A DNA stretch of 64,000 nt, from NCBI GenBank assembly GCA_047495785.1, contig JBLDXI010000015.1, positions 2,914,001-2,978,000 of the forward strand. Direction: 5' to 3'. Made by a program: the position numbers and the translations under genes. The notes below the pieces were generated by a model that had not been told where the DNA came from, ran no database searches, and saw only the letters and a program-made list of their open reading frames with translations. Positions 34,990 through 49,423 of the stretch are shown one piece after another. Numbering within the stretch: the stretch's first letter is position 1; the number at the start of each line of letters is the position of its first letter. Origin of the DNA: Lepidodermella squamata (Eukaryota; Animalia; Gastrotricha).

Positions 34990-37331
34990 TTAGTCTTTGA
35001 AATAGCGAGGTATTACGCAGAACATGATAACCGGTGTCAAAATAATTGCTGTTAGGTAGAGGATGAAATTTAAACGGGCAGTGACATTTGCGACGTACAT
35101 CCACTGCGCGGAATAGCGCTCTTTTCTCAGCATCACTTTTCCCGCGCGATGGCTGGTCGATTTTCGGCAGTTTTTGTTTACGAAACCACTCGACCGGCGA
35201 CTGCTCGAGTTTGCTGTTATGATTTCGTAATCTTTTGACGGCGATTGCTCCTCGATTGTCGGCGAGATGCCGTCTAGGCACAAGCTGTGATGGCGCCGAT
35301 GTCTAGTCGCCATTTGTTCGGATGAATGATGAGTTCTATGCGGATTTTCGTAAATAGACAGTGGGAGCGCGCTGATAGGCGTTTCGGTTATTGCAACGTC
35401 ATCGCCCGAAATTTCGTCTATTCCTGCAGCCAGTTGCGGCTCTTCAACCAGTAAAATCTTGCCAACGATTCGGCAGATGGTATAAAACAATGAAGGAATA
35501 GCCTGAAAAATTTCAAAACATACCAGACTTTAGTTTAAAATTATTAAAAAAATTGAATTCTCAACTGTTGAAAGTTGATAAATTCATCCAGTTTTTCCAT
35601 TAGTTTAAGAACATTTCAAAAATGCACGAGAAAATGCAAAAAAGTCCGGAAAAATGCTGTCCTACCGGGTAAGATATCGAAAATTACCGAACCATTACCG
35701 AATCGGGGTTTTCCGGGTTTTCTCCGGTAAATTTTTAAATTCTTCGGTTAAATCGCGGATAAAAGGTGGAATATTCTCTCGGTAGGTTTGAATTTGAAAA
35801 ATTTGTTGAATTTCTTACAAAAAGTTTCCGAATAATAAATAAAATGTAAGCCGCCATCGAAAATTTGACCGTTCAATTTTTTTGATTTTTTAGCTTTCAC
35901 TGAATTTAAAAAAGTGGAATAATTCATAATGGAAATGGATCGGAAAATTAGAGGTAGAATGCTTAAATTTAGAACCTCAATTTTAGCGTTGCTAAAATTC
36001 AGATTTTATTTTATTTCAAATTTAGGATGTCCCACAAATAGCTTCTTAAATTTTTAAATGTTAAGCCTTTTCTCACCTTTCGCTGTTTCGCCAATTCAAT
36101 GATGTAAAATACGATTCCTTCGCCCAGTAGAGCGATTCCGCCGATGAAACTCATCTGCAAATTGAGGTAGAGAATCAATAGCGGCAGCGTTTCACTCGAC
36201 CTAGGAATTTGTTCCGAAATCATCGTTTGAAAAACCGAATACGCCAACAGGCACGTGACCGATATGTGAATTTTGATGACCTCAGTTGTCGGCAGTAAAA
36301 ACGTCACCAGCTCAACGACGGATATAATAATGCTCGGAATTATCACATTCGCAAAGTAGAACAACGATTTCCGCTCCAATTTAAGGTAGTAGATAACGTG
36401 GGAATAGTTGTAGGAGCTATCCGGCAGGTATACCGTATAGCCGCCATCAGTTCGATTTCCAACAAGTCGCCACAGCTTGTTTTCAGTCCAAAGACCCTGT
36501 ATTTTGTTGAGCTTTTCCTCGGGATAAAATATTTGCTGCGTCGTAGGCGTTGACCAGCTTTCGAAGCGCAGCATGCACTCTTGCTCATCGAAGGGAAAGT
36601 AGGTCAAATCCGCCTCGCAATTAACGGCTAAACGACCCGGTGTGTCGTAGTAAATTTCGCCGTCGCTCGATATCGCCACTTTCGCGCCTTTGTATTCAAC
36701 GATCTCGTAAGGATCCTCGGCCTGATTTTAAGTCAACAATACAAATAATCAATGTAAAAATTAGTGAAGCGTACCGAATTTAGCAGAATGACATCAGGCA
36801 GCCAGACCAATTTAGCAGAAAGAACCAAAAATGGCACAACACAGCGAAAATCACGTGAATGATTCCAAGTCAGATAATCGTCATACCAATGCTGATAAAA
36901 TTTTTAAAATTTTCAAAAAATAACAATAAAACTCACTCACCAATGTAACGTATCCTTCGATTATGAAAATATTGTCACGCTCAATCTAAAAATAATTGAA
37001 AATAACTTGGAAGATTTGAATCGATTTGTGAATTATACGAAGTCTTCGATTTCGAAGAGATTAAGGGACATGCCAACTTCAACTGGCCGGCTGGCGTTTC
37101 TTCTCGGACGTGTTAGCCTCGAGTAATTAGCGAATATTGCATCGGTGACATCCTTCTCTGAAATTTCACGCCTAGTGGGTGCTAAAAAAAAATCACGTGT
37201 GGTTAAAATTCCGGCGGTGCACTCACAGCAATCTAGTTACCCTGGTCGCATTCTTTATTTAGCGCTTCGATAATACACGAGCTAATCAGCGTCGATAGCA
37301 CAACACTGGCGATCAGCCGACCATATGTCAT
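34990..37331 (-). CDS. Cys-loop ligand-gated ion channel subunit (nAChR-like, non-alpha)
   Basis: Signal peptide exon from 37331; motifs RP, WYDDYLTW, WLPDVILLNS and Cys loop CEADLTYFPFDEQEC. M1-M3 lie in 36679-36077 and M4 in the last exon. No vicinal Cys in loop C. Confidence 0.92.
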
Positions 37332-38881
37332 GCGGACAATTTTCGTAATTCACCGCCTAGACGCTGTAAAGACAGAGAATAAATTCCTATAAAAGCATTT
37401 ATTAGCCTACATTTTACGACGAAAAATTCGGCATTTTTGCCCTTTTTGCTTTCATACCTGTTTAAAAATTCTGAATGACGCCTTATTCGCATAAATTCTT
37501 TGTTTACTTTTATCTTCAGGCTTTAAATGATTTACTAGACATCCGGCAATATATTATCTATAAAAACCTATATTTATTTTGTGGGCCCTAAGAATGTGTG
37601 ACAACATCGTTATCGCATGAGCAGAGAGCCGGGGAAATATTTTTACAGCTCGCAAATATTTCCCAGCTGACCAGGAAATCGCATCGTCGTTTATTATTAG
37701 ATTTTAACATGGCACATTTGGCTCATCATCGCTTGGATTCGATGACCATAACAGGAGCTGCTGTATTTTACATTCAATTTATCATGTGGCCATAAAGTCG
37801 AGAAAATGTTACGAGTGTCCTTCGATGGGTGCACAGTTATTTATTTCAAGGTTAAATTCGACGTGGGAAACGTTTCCTTATCACTTATACCACTTTGATG
37901 CAAAATTTTGAAGGACAAAAAAAGCAAAAAAAATAATTGCTGTCCATTGATTTTAAAATTGATTAACCCACGCAATTTCTTAATGATATTAATGAGAATC
38001 CTTTGACAGTAAGACGTGGCTGAACCAACGCGGCGAAACGTTATAAAAAATGAAGCATCGATTGGAAAAACTCGTGAGGTCATTTACGATCGTGAGTCGT
38101 GACTGCTACTACGTGACAAATTGCCTCTGCGGATTTGAGCAGCAGACAATATAGTAGATTTGAAGATGAAAAACAGCGAATCATGATGGGCAGGAGCTCT
38201 TCGTGTTCACATCAATATTTTATGGTGAACTATTACCATGAAACGTTCGCCGAAAGTTTATATACAGGTTAACTCACCCTAATCCACCTGAATAGAAATT
38301 GATTTCCCAGTAATTTCTATATTTTTCTACATAGCATGACTTTTTTCTTTATATCAACCTGTAGGAGGAAATGAGATTTGAAGAAAGCGAGGGTAGGCCT
38401 TACTCATTTTCAATTATTGCACCATTGGGACCTGAACACATTTCTAAGACGCAGTTTATATCGGGAAAAAATGCGCGTTGTTTTTGTTATGAGAATCGAT
38501 TCAGGAAAATTTCCTCAGTATATGTCGACCCTAATAATCACCTATCATTGTCTAATTATAAATCGATTGTCCACCGGTAATATCAGTAAAAAAAAACCTT
38601 GCGTGCACCTATCTTTAGCATGGTCGATAATTTCTTTGATTGTTTCCCTCAGGCAGTAGGACACAATGGCCGTGACCTAATATAATAAACTCGCGCCTCG
38701 TGCAATCTACATTAAAGGCCGTCTCGAAAAGATTTAAGGCGATCAAGTTTGATTAAATGTCTTCGGGCGATCAAAATCGTCCTAACGTCATCTCTTCATA
38801 TCATTTTATAAATTTCCACTTGTACTGTTTTAGTTAATTCCGCTAAAATAAAACGCGAATAGCTTGTCTCTATTTTAATAG

Positions 38882-41222
38882 ATGGACGAGTTTTTCTACT
38901 TCGACGTTACAGTTTTGACACTGGCAATAATTGCGAATATTGCCGCTATTTACGGCGTGGCGAAGGGCCAGTTTCACGTCGAATCTTATCGCCGATTTTT
39001 GCTCTCGCTCCTCTCATCAAACCTCTTCATCTGCACCATAAATATCAGCCTTTTTGTGATTCAAAGCACCATTGGAAACGGCGAAAATGAAACCAAACTA
39101 ACACCATGTTGGGTCGAAGTAATTCGAAGACTGGGCTGGAGCGGTTTCTTCGTAAACTTGGTCCACCTGCTGGCGATGGGGGTCGACCATTTCGTCGCAA
39201 TCATGTACCCGTTAAAATATCGATATGTACAAGTGAAAATTTCAGAATTTCGTTTGCTTGATTCATGAATATTTTTCATTCCTTAAGATTTTCGACAAGC
39301 CAGTCGCGAAATTTTCTATAGCAGCTCTGTGGTTATCTTCGATATTAATTGTTTTCGCCGATTCGCCTGTCAAATTCTTGCTAGACCAAATAACGTCTTA
39401 TGAATCATCAGTTTCCGGTGAGAAAATAATTTGCCCAACGATAAATTCGACCGGCGAGGAATTTACCTTGAGAATAGGGTGAGGCATTCAATTTTTAAAT
39501 CTGATTCTTTAATCGCATATGATTTTACTAAAAGGCTTGCAACTGTTAGTCATGGCAGTGTCCAGGGGCCGCAAAATACATACGATCTATCGGTAGCAGA
39601 TTTCGAAGAGTATCTACGGTCGAGTGCCAACGAAGACCACCTGTAAGCTATTCCTATTTCAGAAAAGTTAATCAGGCCAGTTTTACTGATTTTGATAGGA
39701 ACGCGCAATTTTCCGATCCATGCAATGGTAATGAGGAATCACTTTCCTTACTCGCTGAAATCAGCCAGTCGAGCGATTTTACGTCGTCAAGTGGCGGCTT
39801 GACGTTGGGGATATGCTTCGCTTTTTATGGCTTGTACCTATTCTACCTCGATTGCTGCGCCATGTTTCTGGCATTTGTTGGCCTTTTCCTGCTCTTCGTC
39901 TGCTGCGGGTCCGTTTTTAAATGGGCAGCCTTCAAAACTGCTGACCAGTCGCGACTGCACCTGCGCCAACTTGTTGTTACAACAATCATGCTGTTGTCTA
40001 CATTTACGCTATGGTAAAAATTCAATTTTATAAATTAATTTAAATTAAATTAAAAAATGTCCGATAACCAATTTCACAAACTTCAATCCCCTCGCAGTAA
40101 AGCTCAATGGTAGCTTTTTCGATCATTTAAAAAATCTTGTAGGGTGGCTACAATCCCAGGGTGTCTAAAAGACATAATATCCGAGCTGGGAAATTTTAAA
40201 TAAGTTTTTTGTCGGCCAGGAGATGAGCTAGGACCAGTTTTATGGGACCGTCACAAAAGTGCACTAAAGTGTCATTAAAATCGAAAATGGAATTCTCGTG
40301 ATAACCGCTCAGGTGTGACATCATCTAAGGTCGCGTGATCAACGTGACACTGGAACTCCTCCAGTAACCGAACTGAAAGTGATAGAAATATGGGGTTTTC
40401 GAATTCTTGCTCATCCCCAATTTCATAGAGATCAGATTAACCTGGTAAATCTGATCTCTATGCCCAATTTTCTCCCTGATTTTTCTCTCTCGAAATGGGA
40501 AAAGAAAAGTAAGTAAACATTTTTCTCAAATTAAACCATTCTGAGCTTCACCAGTTTAGTACATAATTTCCCTTTTTTCGATTATATATATTTGGGTATT
40601 TAGGAAATTCATAACCGAAAATAATTGAGAGCTTGTGAAATGAGTAAAATGCTGAATTTTACGTCATATTTCCTAGTCCGGATTAGTCCAGTTTCGGACT
40701 ATCTCTGACAATTTCGCTTGGCACGATCCTAGTGCGTTCTGTAACATTTTGTGCCCTGGAAATAAGCTTCCTTACTGGCATTTACCTATAAAACATCAAA
40801 ACATCACGTTTGAATTTACCAAAATCTATAATGTGAATTAGCTATATTTTTGATAAAATAATTGATCATCAAGGGAAGTTATTCCTTTTTTAGCTGGGTG
40901 CCCTACGTGGCGTGGGAGGTGGCGTTAGTTGTCATATATCGATCCAACCCAGGCGCTATCCCGGAGTCATCCACTGAGCGAACTGTCCATGGCATTCTTT
41001 ACTCGATCTTCCTGCTATCGCCCCTGTTTGTACCCTTCATCTACGTCGCCCGCAATAAAGTCGTACAGAGGTGAGGTATCATACCGTACTTGATGACACT
41101 TTCTATTAATGTTTCCCGACTCAAGACGCATGCTCAGCTTTCGAGGTCGACCACGGTTCAGTCAGACGCCGATGCTTGGTCGCAACATGAGTCTGCCAGC
41201 TGAAGCTAGCGATGTACTATAG
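38882..41222 (+). CDS. Orphan rhodopsin-like GPCR 1
   Basis: Seven hydrophobic segments over several exons. TM1 Asn, DHF at the DRY position, spliced CWVP, and VPFIY...RN. Confidence 0.82.
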
Positions 41223-44200
41223 AGACAGAGAAGCCACTTGCTGTTCATCGTCCTGTTTATAATTTCATATAAATGGGTTTCATCATTTGCACTTCAGCCT
41301 CGTTCTCTACTGCTTTTCTCCTGAATTCTGATGAAATAAATTGAAGATCCCCAATGCAATTCCTTGTTGTTTAAAATAATTTTCTTTCGTTTATCTTGTA
41401 CGAATATTTACCGATGGCATGTCAATATTTATATAATAAGTCTATAATTTTTCGCTCTAATACGTGCATCTATCCACCTGAGGGCGAGCAAAGGAGATAA
41501 TGAACTCGCGAGCTTGGCTTTATTACAAAAAATCCGAGTATCCAGGGATAATGCCTTTTCAAATCGCGACGCAACGGGACACGTGCCTCTTTTCGGTTTA
41601 CACAGAGAGATTGGGAATTAGCCAATATTTTAGCTATGCTATATAATTCGATTTGAGGAGTAGGCGAAGCGCGATAAATTCATTGGGGCGGGCCAAAATT
41701 TAACTAAAATGTATTAATCACTCTTTCATCATTTAATTATAAATTTTTCGATACACTGCTTGCGTGGCTTCCAACTACGGTTCGAAACTGGGATCTTTTG
41801 TTTTGCGTGGTTCGACAGGAAAAAACAGTGATTACGCGACTTTCATCAAATTTCTGACTGAAAAGTTCTAGTTAATGAGGAACTTTTTACAAACTTCCTC
41901 TGTGTCAAATTATTAGTTCCGAGGTATATGGACTTCATAGTTTCATCTCCTATCATCGATCAATGTCTATCAAATAATAAATTTCGTTAATTATTCGCTT
42001 AGACAAAGCTTCCAGACTGACCTTAAAACTAATTTTACTCTCCTATATGAGCAAGTTTGGTTGGCTATTTTTGGCTGTAAAAATTCGATTTTTACGTCAT
42101 CTGAATTTCGATTTTTAAAAACATTGCTGGGCAGTCGCATTAATGAATGACGCGCATATTATAGCATAATAATGTTCACCAGCCATTACACTCGTTTTTC
42201 TTGCTGTGAATTTTTATTCCCACAGGATCCTTGGAGGATTATAGGAGAAATTCCCAAATGGATTAGACCAGTTGTGTTTTTCTGACAAACTAATTTTTGC
42301 CGCCGCATTCTTCGCGGCGGGTTTCAATCATTAGCTGAAATATAAGGCGGAAGTTTCATTGTTTCTGTGCTAGAAAAATACAAAAATTCTAGATTTCGTC
42401 AGCCGAGCTACCTCAGGCGCATTTTAGGTCGCTTTCACATTCCGCACATCGCCGTTGGCTGTAAATCGAATTATAAGTATAGCCCTCAAGGTTCAAGTAA
42501 GTCGGACTCGACTCTAGGCTGTTCTTAACCTAATTCGAATGACTTTTCAAGCCTTGAAACAGACAATTTTACTTCTGAATGATTTATTGACCAATTGTAA
42601 AAAAATCAGCTATCAGCTTTCATCGGGAAAACGATTTTTTCACATTTAATTGAATTAATTTGAACTCTGTTGGGAGATTTCTGAGCCCAGTGCGCCATCA
42701 ATCATCTCACTTTCGCCACTGCGCAGCACGCAGTGCCTATAATTGAATCATGTGGCATTTTGACATTTGACAACCGAAAAAACCATTTTCCTCTTCGAAG
42801 AAGACTGGTACCGCCTCGCTTGATGTCTTTTTTCCGTGTTAAAGAATCAGCATCGATTTTTATAAGGAATTAGCGAATTTTTCCGTCTAGGTAATATAAA
42901 TTGTTAATTTATGCCTATTTTTTTATCGAAAAAATTCGAAGCGAGATGTGCAATAAAACTGCCTTCTGAAAGCAAACAAACTGGTGTCTTCTTCCTTTTC
43001 CGTTGTGCATTCCTGTGCTTTTCATTGAAAAATAATTTTCGCATTGGTCCTATATAAGCCAATTATTGATGCTGCATTGAAAATTATTCCAATAACGATC
43101 AGAGCCGCCAGCGTATCTTGCAGCGAAAGCATAATATAATAGCATCTCACGACTAAACGCGGCGCAAATCTTCGGCAAGTGTTGTTTGCTCGAGATTTTT
43201 TATTATAACGAGATACTCACCCCAGTTTATCTGCGCTGTCCGTTTTTATAGTTAGCCGTTTTTTATATAATATTCTTATATCAAAATGATTGGAACTGTG
43301 AACTGAACTGAAAGCACGTGGCTTCAGTTATAGCTACGAATTATTAAATTATTTATTTTTGTATAGCTAGGCTTAACAAATACGAAAATTCCTTGTTATG
43401 TCTGAGAATTTCGTTGAATGGCCGAGGCCATGGCTCCCGAATGAGCGCTCTTAGGGTTCTCACAGCTAGGTAGCGATTAGTGCTATAATAATGTTTTTAT
43501 TTGTCCTCTTCGGGCATAGACGGATACCGTTTCCGGTTTTGAAGAGGGCGCTGGCACTCCTAAATCAACCAATTTCGATCTTGACGCTCAATGCACAGCA
43601 GACATCAGCTTTTTGTTTTAAATACAGCTTTATTTGGTTTCAGGCCACAGAGGACAGCTATCAACTGAACAACTGTGTGCCCCTTAACTATTTATTATTA
43701 AATAGCTTAGCTATTTCCGTGAAAATTACCTTGGAGACATAAATGTATAAAAAATATAGTTTTTATTCTGGTTTCAATAATTGAAGTGCTGATTATTATT
43801 TGAGAAGTAGATTTTACGCAATTTCAAATGAAGCCTTTTTCTGTACGTTCTAACGTTAGACTTCAATCGAGGGAGTCTCTTACTTTTGATTAAAATTCCC
43901 GGTACCCCGTGAAATGTCATCGGTGCTCAGTTCTATAAATTTAGTTATTTTAGATTAATCAAATACAAAATCCGCCCACCCTTCATTGAGAAACAGCACT
44001 ATTTTTTTTGTCTTCACACTCAATATTTCTGATGACTTCTATTCTGAGGACTTCAAATTCAGAACATAAAAAATGTCCAAATTGCTGACAACTTTTGACA
44101 ATGCTTTGATTTGCTAAGGCCTAAGGCTAGCATTCAGTCAATAAAAACGAAATTATCCCATTAATTACGGGAAAGCTAATAAAAGGTCCGGAGGAGTCTT

Positions 44201-44383
44201 AAATTGTTTTTTTCTGAAGCCATACAAAATGCCAGCCGAATTTCTCAAGCACTACTCGTTCCCCCTTGTTTAAATCCGTTCCATGAATTATCAGGCGGAA
44301 GTACTTGCGAAAAGTGAAGAGCAGGGGGCTAAAAATAACTTCAAAATAATTTGTTATTTTTTTAGTCCTATATTTTAGACAAA

Positions 44384-45915
44384 ATGAATGGTTTGCAAAG
44401 CAGCACGCCAGACGACGGTGACGACTCCAATACGGTCATGCAGCTGGTCATCGAAAGCATCCACTACTTCGACATGGCCGTAGTAGTGCTGGCTATCATC
44501 GCCAACTCGATCGTATTAAGCGGCATCAGTGAAACAAGCATTCACATAATATCACACCGGCGCTTTTTAAAATCTCTTCTCGGCTCGAATTTATTCATTT
44601 GCTTCGTCGATTTGCTGCTGATTGCCCTGGCGACGGCGCCAAAAAGCGGTGTTTCTTTCACAATACCGAAATGTGTATCGGAAATCGTCCGCCGGCTCAG
44701 CATTGTCGGTTTCATCGCTAATCTGCTTTCACTCATGGCGCTGGCTACCGATCATTTTATCGGCATTGTTAAGCCTATTCAGTACAAAATGGTTAGATTT
44801 TTTACTTTTTCATCTTTAAATTTTAAAATTTCAATTATTTGAAGAATTTTAATTTTTTCTAATTTCTAATTTTAATTTTTTCCGTAGTTTTTTACTTTCT
44901 AAAATTGAAAATTTGAAGAAATTCAATTTTTTTTTAATTTTTAATTTTTTATTAGATGATGAATAATGGCATCGCTAAGCGGTCCGTTCTTATCATCTGG
45001 ATACCAGCTTTCATCGTTGGTTACATCGATTTCCCATTTCGAACCATCGCTTATTACGCGAGGGACAAAACGCCGGCTACAACACAGATGTGCAACCGAA
45101 ATTTCCAAGATTTCACCGTCGCCCTCAAATCAATGAACACCACAGAGATGGAGTCGCTTTTCGACTCGGACGAGCTGCAATTATTGCAGAGCCTATCCGA
45201 GGCGAATGATCTCAAGGTTCAAATGCCGTGTGAGAATCAATTAGCCGGCGACATGCCACGATCTGGCGGGGCCAAATCGACGTGGTGCGAGCAGTTTGAC
45301 GGGTCTAAGGACGTATGGCTGCAGCTGCTGCTTGTCGTTCTTGCTATTGGCTCGTTGTTAATACTCGGCTTTTTTGTTCACGTGGTTTTCACAGAGGCGG
45401 CTGATACGCAGGACGGCCCGAGGCGGAAATTGCGTCGCCTAATTATCACAGCCTTCCTACTACTCGGCACTTTCTTCCTATGGTAATGAGTGATGTCCCC
45501 AGCAGACATTTTTTTGATTAACGACACCTTTTTCCAATTTTAGTTGGTCACCCCTTGTCGCTTACGAAATTTCTATGGTTCTGGTGGCAGAGGTGCTGCA
45601 GAACGCCCTAAAATCACAGATGAAACTGCTGTTTGTTCATAAAATCCTGTTCTCACTCTACATGTGCTCGCCGTTATTTTTGCCGTTCATCTACGCGGCT
45701 CGAAACAAGGCTGTTCGAAGGTATTAGGACTCTTGAAGAGTTCGAAGAATTCCCCTAATTTTGCTCAATTTTTTAGGCAAATTTTCGCGAATTGTGGATG
45801 CTGCATTTTGTTGAAGCATCGCTTCACCACGCCGCCTGTAAGGGAATCAATCGAATCGACAATCGGAGTGAGGTCTAGTCTACTGCAATCGCCGCCCAAC
45901 GGTACCCAAATTTAG
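44384..45915 (+). CDS. Orphan rhodopsin-like GPCR 2
   Basis: RRFLKSLL, DHFIGIVKP, spliced CWSP and LPFIYAARN, in four exons. Confidence 0.85.
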
Positions 45916-47153
45916 CAAAAATATCGCTGATAAAATTATTACGATCTGAATCTTTTACTATATAATTGCTTTGCTGCTTGAAAAAATACAACGATGTGTT
46001 TTCTATATTCGTTTCAAAATAAAGAAGGTTTTATGCGATTCTTTAGCTGAATTTCCGTTCGAGTTATTTAATCAATTTTTTATTACGACAGCGCGAGGCA
46101 GAAATATGGAAAATATCGCACATATAAGTGACCTGACTTCTTTTAGTCCTTTAATAAAAGAGCAAAAAACTAACGCAAAATTAATGGAGTTGAAATAATA
46201 AGAATTATTTCTTTTATTCACACCTATAAATCTTATATGCACAGTAATCTTCCTTCATTAATTTATTGATTAATGATTATATAAATCTTAGAGCTCGTAG
46301 CGTTTTCTTATTGTGTGAAGAAAACAACGCCCATCACCTTCCTTATTCCTATAATTTTTCCAGTGCATTGTTTTGCATATCCTGCAGGTGTAAAAAAAGT
46401 TTTATCACTACGGCCGCGTGTTGTCTCATTTTTCTAGAATTTTATTTCGTATATTATCAGTAATTTTTCAAGACTCGTCGATTGAATTACACAATCCGCA
46501 AGAGACGATCCTTATCGCAAAATGGCACTCGACACCCGGGTAATATACTGTAGCCTCTACCCATAAATTAATTTCGAGAGGAAATAAATAAAATAGGCCG
46601 GCCCACACATAGGAAACATGATAGATTTATATTTTCGCTTGGTTTTTTCCAGAAAAATAAATAAGACCCGGCTATATTCGTATTGCGTCACTTAGATTTG
46701 TTTGCCCTATACCTTTGTGACATAAAGGTAAAGACCCGAAAATAGCCTATTAGAAGACTCAATAAAATCACAATATTTTTCGTCCTTATCTCTTTAGATA
46801 GCAAAATCGATCGATTTTGTTTTAATTGTCGCCCAACTGTTAAATTCAGCAGACATACTAAGTATGGTCGTCTGCGAAAAATAAAGCTTATCTCAACTCG
46901 TTTTATTATGCTATTTTAACGACGCATTTCAGTTTTAAATTTCAGACGCCTAGTTTTCGGTGAATAATCCTAGACGGATTGAAAAACAAAGCTCTAGTGA
47001 TATAAAATTCATTTTTTTTTGATAATTCTAGAAAATCGATTTGAGCTAAAACACCGATTCTAACTCCGGGGCAATTCCCCAGTTCATAGTATATAAATCG
47101 TTTTTTTACAACTTTCAAATTGTTTTTTAGAAATATTCTCAATGGTTTGAAAC

Positions 47154-48791
47154 ATGGGCCCATTTTACGCTGTGAACATGGGCATATTAGCCCTGGCTAT
47201 TATCAGCAACTGTTTAGCTCTTCAAGGCGCTATTTTGGGCGAGTTCGTTTTCGGCGGATACCGCCGTTTCCTAATTAGCTTGCTCATTTCTGATCTCATC
47301 GTCGTTTTCGTTAACATCTACATGTTCACGCTGCAAGCAGTAGCCTACTACAACCCTGACTCCAGCTATGACGTAGCTGATTGCCCTGTCCTCATCGCTC
47401 GGAGACTTGCCTTTTGCGGGATAATGGCTAACCTCCTTAATTTCTGCGCTATGTCAGGGGATCACTTTGTAGGGCTGGTTTGGCCGATCAGGTATCGCCA
47501 TGTCATGAAGGTGTCTACAATTTCGGTTATCATACTACTGATCTGGAGTGTCTCACTCATTTCCAGCTTTGCCGATCTACCAATCAGAGGTGTAGTTCAA
47601 TCTTTCGGCTCGGCAGGAGAAGAAAATGAGACTCAATCAAATGAGAGAGCGATTCGGGAAACTTCGACCGAATCAAACCTTGTGGTTACTAGTGTCTCTC
47701 CAGACTTTCCCGATGTCACTGCAGTGGATATTCTCAACTTTTACCAGGCTAATAATATCGATTTAAAAGCCGACCGTAAAAAACCTGATATTGCTAACGA
47801 GTTAGTCGGATTAACCTTTCAAATTTAAAAAAAGTGTTGAATTTATTTTCAGAGTTTCTTTCTCGCCAAATGACGAGCATTCTGTCAATGTTTCGCCCAC
47901 GGCCAATATTTTGGACCAATTGTTCCCGGAAAACATGAACGAAGAACACTGGTGTGACGGTCTTTTCGGCCAACAGTACAACTTATGGCTAGATTGCATC
48001 GCTTTGGGGTTGACTTTGCTCGCAATGGTATTCCTAGGCACCACTTGCATTGTCTTACTTACCGAGAGCTACATCGTCCATGATACATCCAAGCGGAAGT
48101 TAAGGCGGCTCATTTTCACTACAATACTTCTATTTGGCTCATTTTCGATTTGGTATGATTTGGAGGTCTCAAGAATAATTATATTTTGTTTCAATTTGTT
48201 TAAGCTGGCTTCCGTACATGTGTTATGAAATCTCGCTCATGCTGATTTCGGTGCAGGCTGATGGCGAATTTATGCCTGAATCAAAAACAGACTTCTTCCT
48301 GCACAATTTTCTCTACGCCTTGTTCACTTTCAGCCAGGTGATCGTTCCGATCGTTTACATCGCACGCAATAGAGTCGTTCAAAAGTACGTTCCTTTATCA
48401 AATAACCAACTCAAAGGTCTAAAAATAGCAGTGTAGCAAAACTGAGAATCACGAACTTACTCTGGTTATAGACATGCTGATTAATTGGTTTTCTTCAATT
48501 TACAGGCAATTGATTCGGCGCTATGGCTGTCTTGTTCCACCTTGCCTCGCCCGCCTCAAATGTTGCGCTGCCATACTTGCGACGGACGATTCGCGTGCTG
48601 GAGCATCCATGTTAACGGAAGGAGTGCGCATTCATTCCGCGATAGTAAAAGCTGGATCCGATGACCATGAAGAAGCTGGCATAAAGCCATCTACATCAAC
48701 AATTGAAACTAATGTGCTGAAGTACACCTCCAGCTTGAGTGTAGAAAGCCCTACTGATGCTGCTGCGGGGCCGCTTCTCTCATCGTCTTAA
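47154..48791 (+). CDS. Orphan rhodopsin-like GPCR 3
   Basis: YRRFLISLL, DHFVGLVWP, spliced CWLP and VPIVYIARN. Confidence 0.85.
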
Positions 48792-49423
48792 ATTCGATAT
48801 CCATCGCAGTTGTAAAGAAGCGTGTTCCCATCGAGAACGGTGAAGCACTATTTTTTGATCAAATCAAGCGACAGCAATAAAGGAATAAATTTATCAATAT
48901 AACTGCATATTTGTGCGTCTACATATGTTTTTATACGACAGAGACACATACAGACAGTGCTGTAGTCGAAATCGGAAGTGGCTAATAAATCTCCGAAAAC
49001 AAGACAAAGTGCATAGCCAACAGATTTCACTTTTTCCAGATTTTTTTGCGATAAATCATTGTCAGCGATTTTCAGGGGCATTTCGAAGATGAATTATATC
49101 CAACAATATCGATTTGCTCTTCTCAAGAAGTTTTCGTTTGCTCTGCTTCGCAAAAGAGTAATTACCCTCTACCCTCTTCATCTTCTAAAAAACTGGCGCT
49201 AGGCATATTATGGCGAAGAGGGTGTTTGCTTTAGATATTATTCTACATATTTTCTAGGATATAACGTCACTCTTGGGAATATTGATACTGATCGATATTG
49301 GCTTGCTATGCGCCTTAATAATAATCAATCTGGAATATAGAATGAAACTATTTTTAGTCATCCGTGGGCCATTCATCGTTTGCGGGTGAAACCGCGAATC
49401 TCGGCCGATTTCCATCCGGTTCA

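Noticed and set aside
33530-35830. Composite transposon carrying the His-rich gene between inverted repeats
   Set aside because: The right copy lies in an intron of the channel gene and the copies are diverged. Independent insertions are simpler.
41230-44380. Hidden eighth GPCR or ncRNA in the long spacer
   Set aside because: No YRRFL/DHF/CWxP remnants or recognisable RNA motifs were found by eye.
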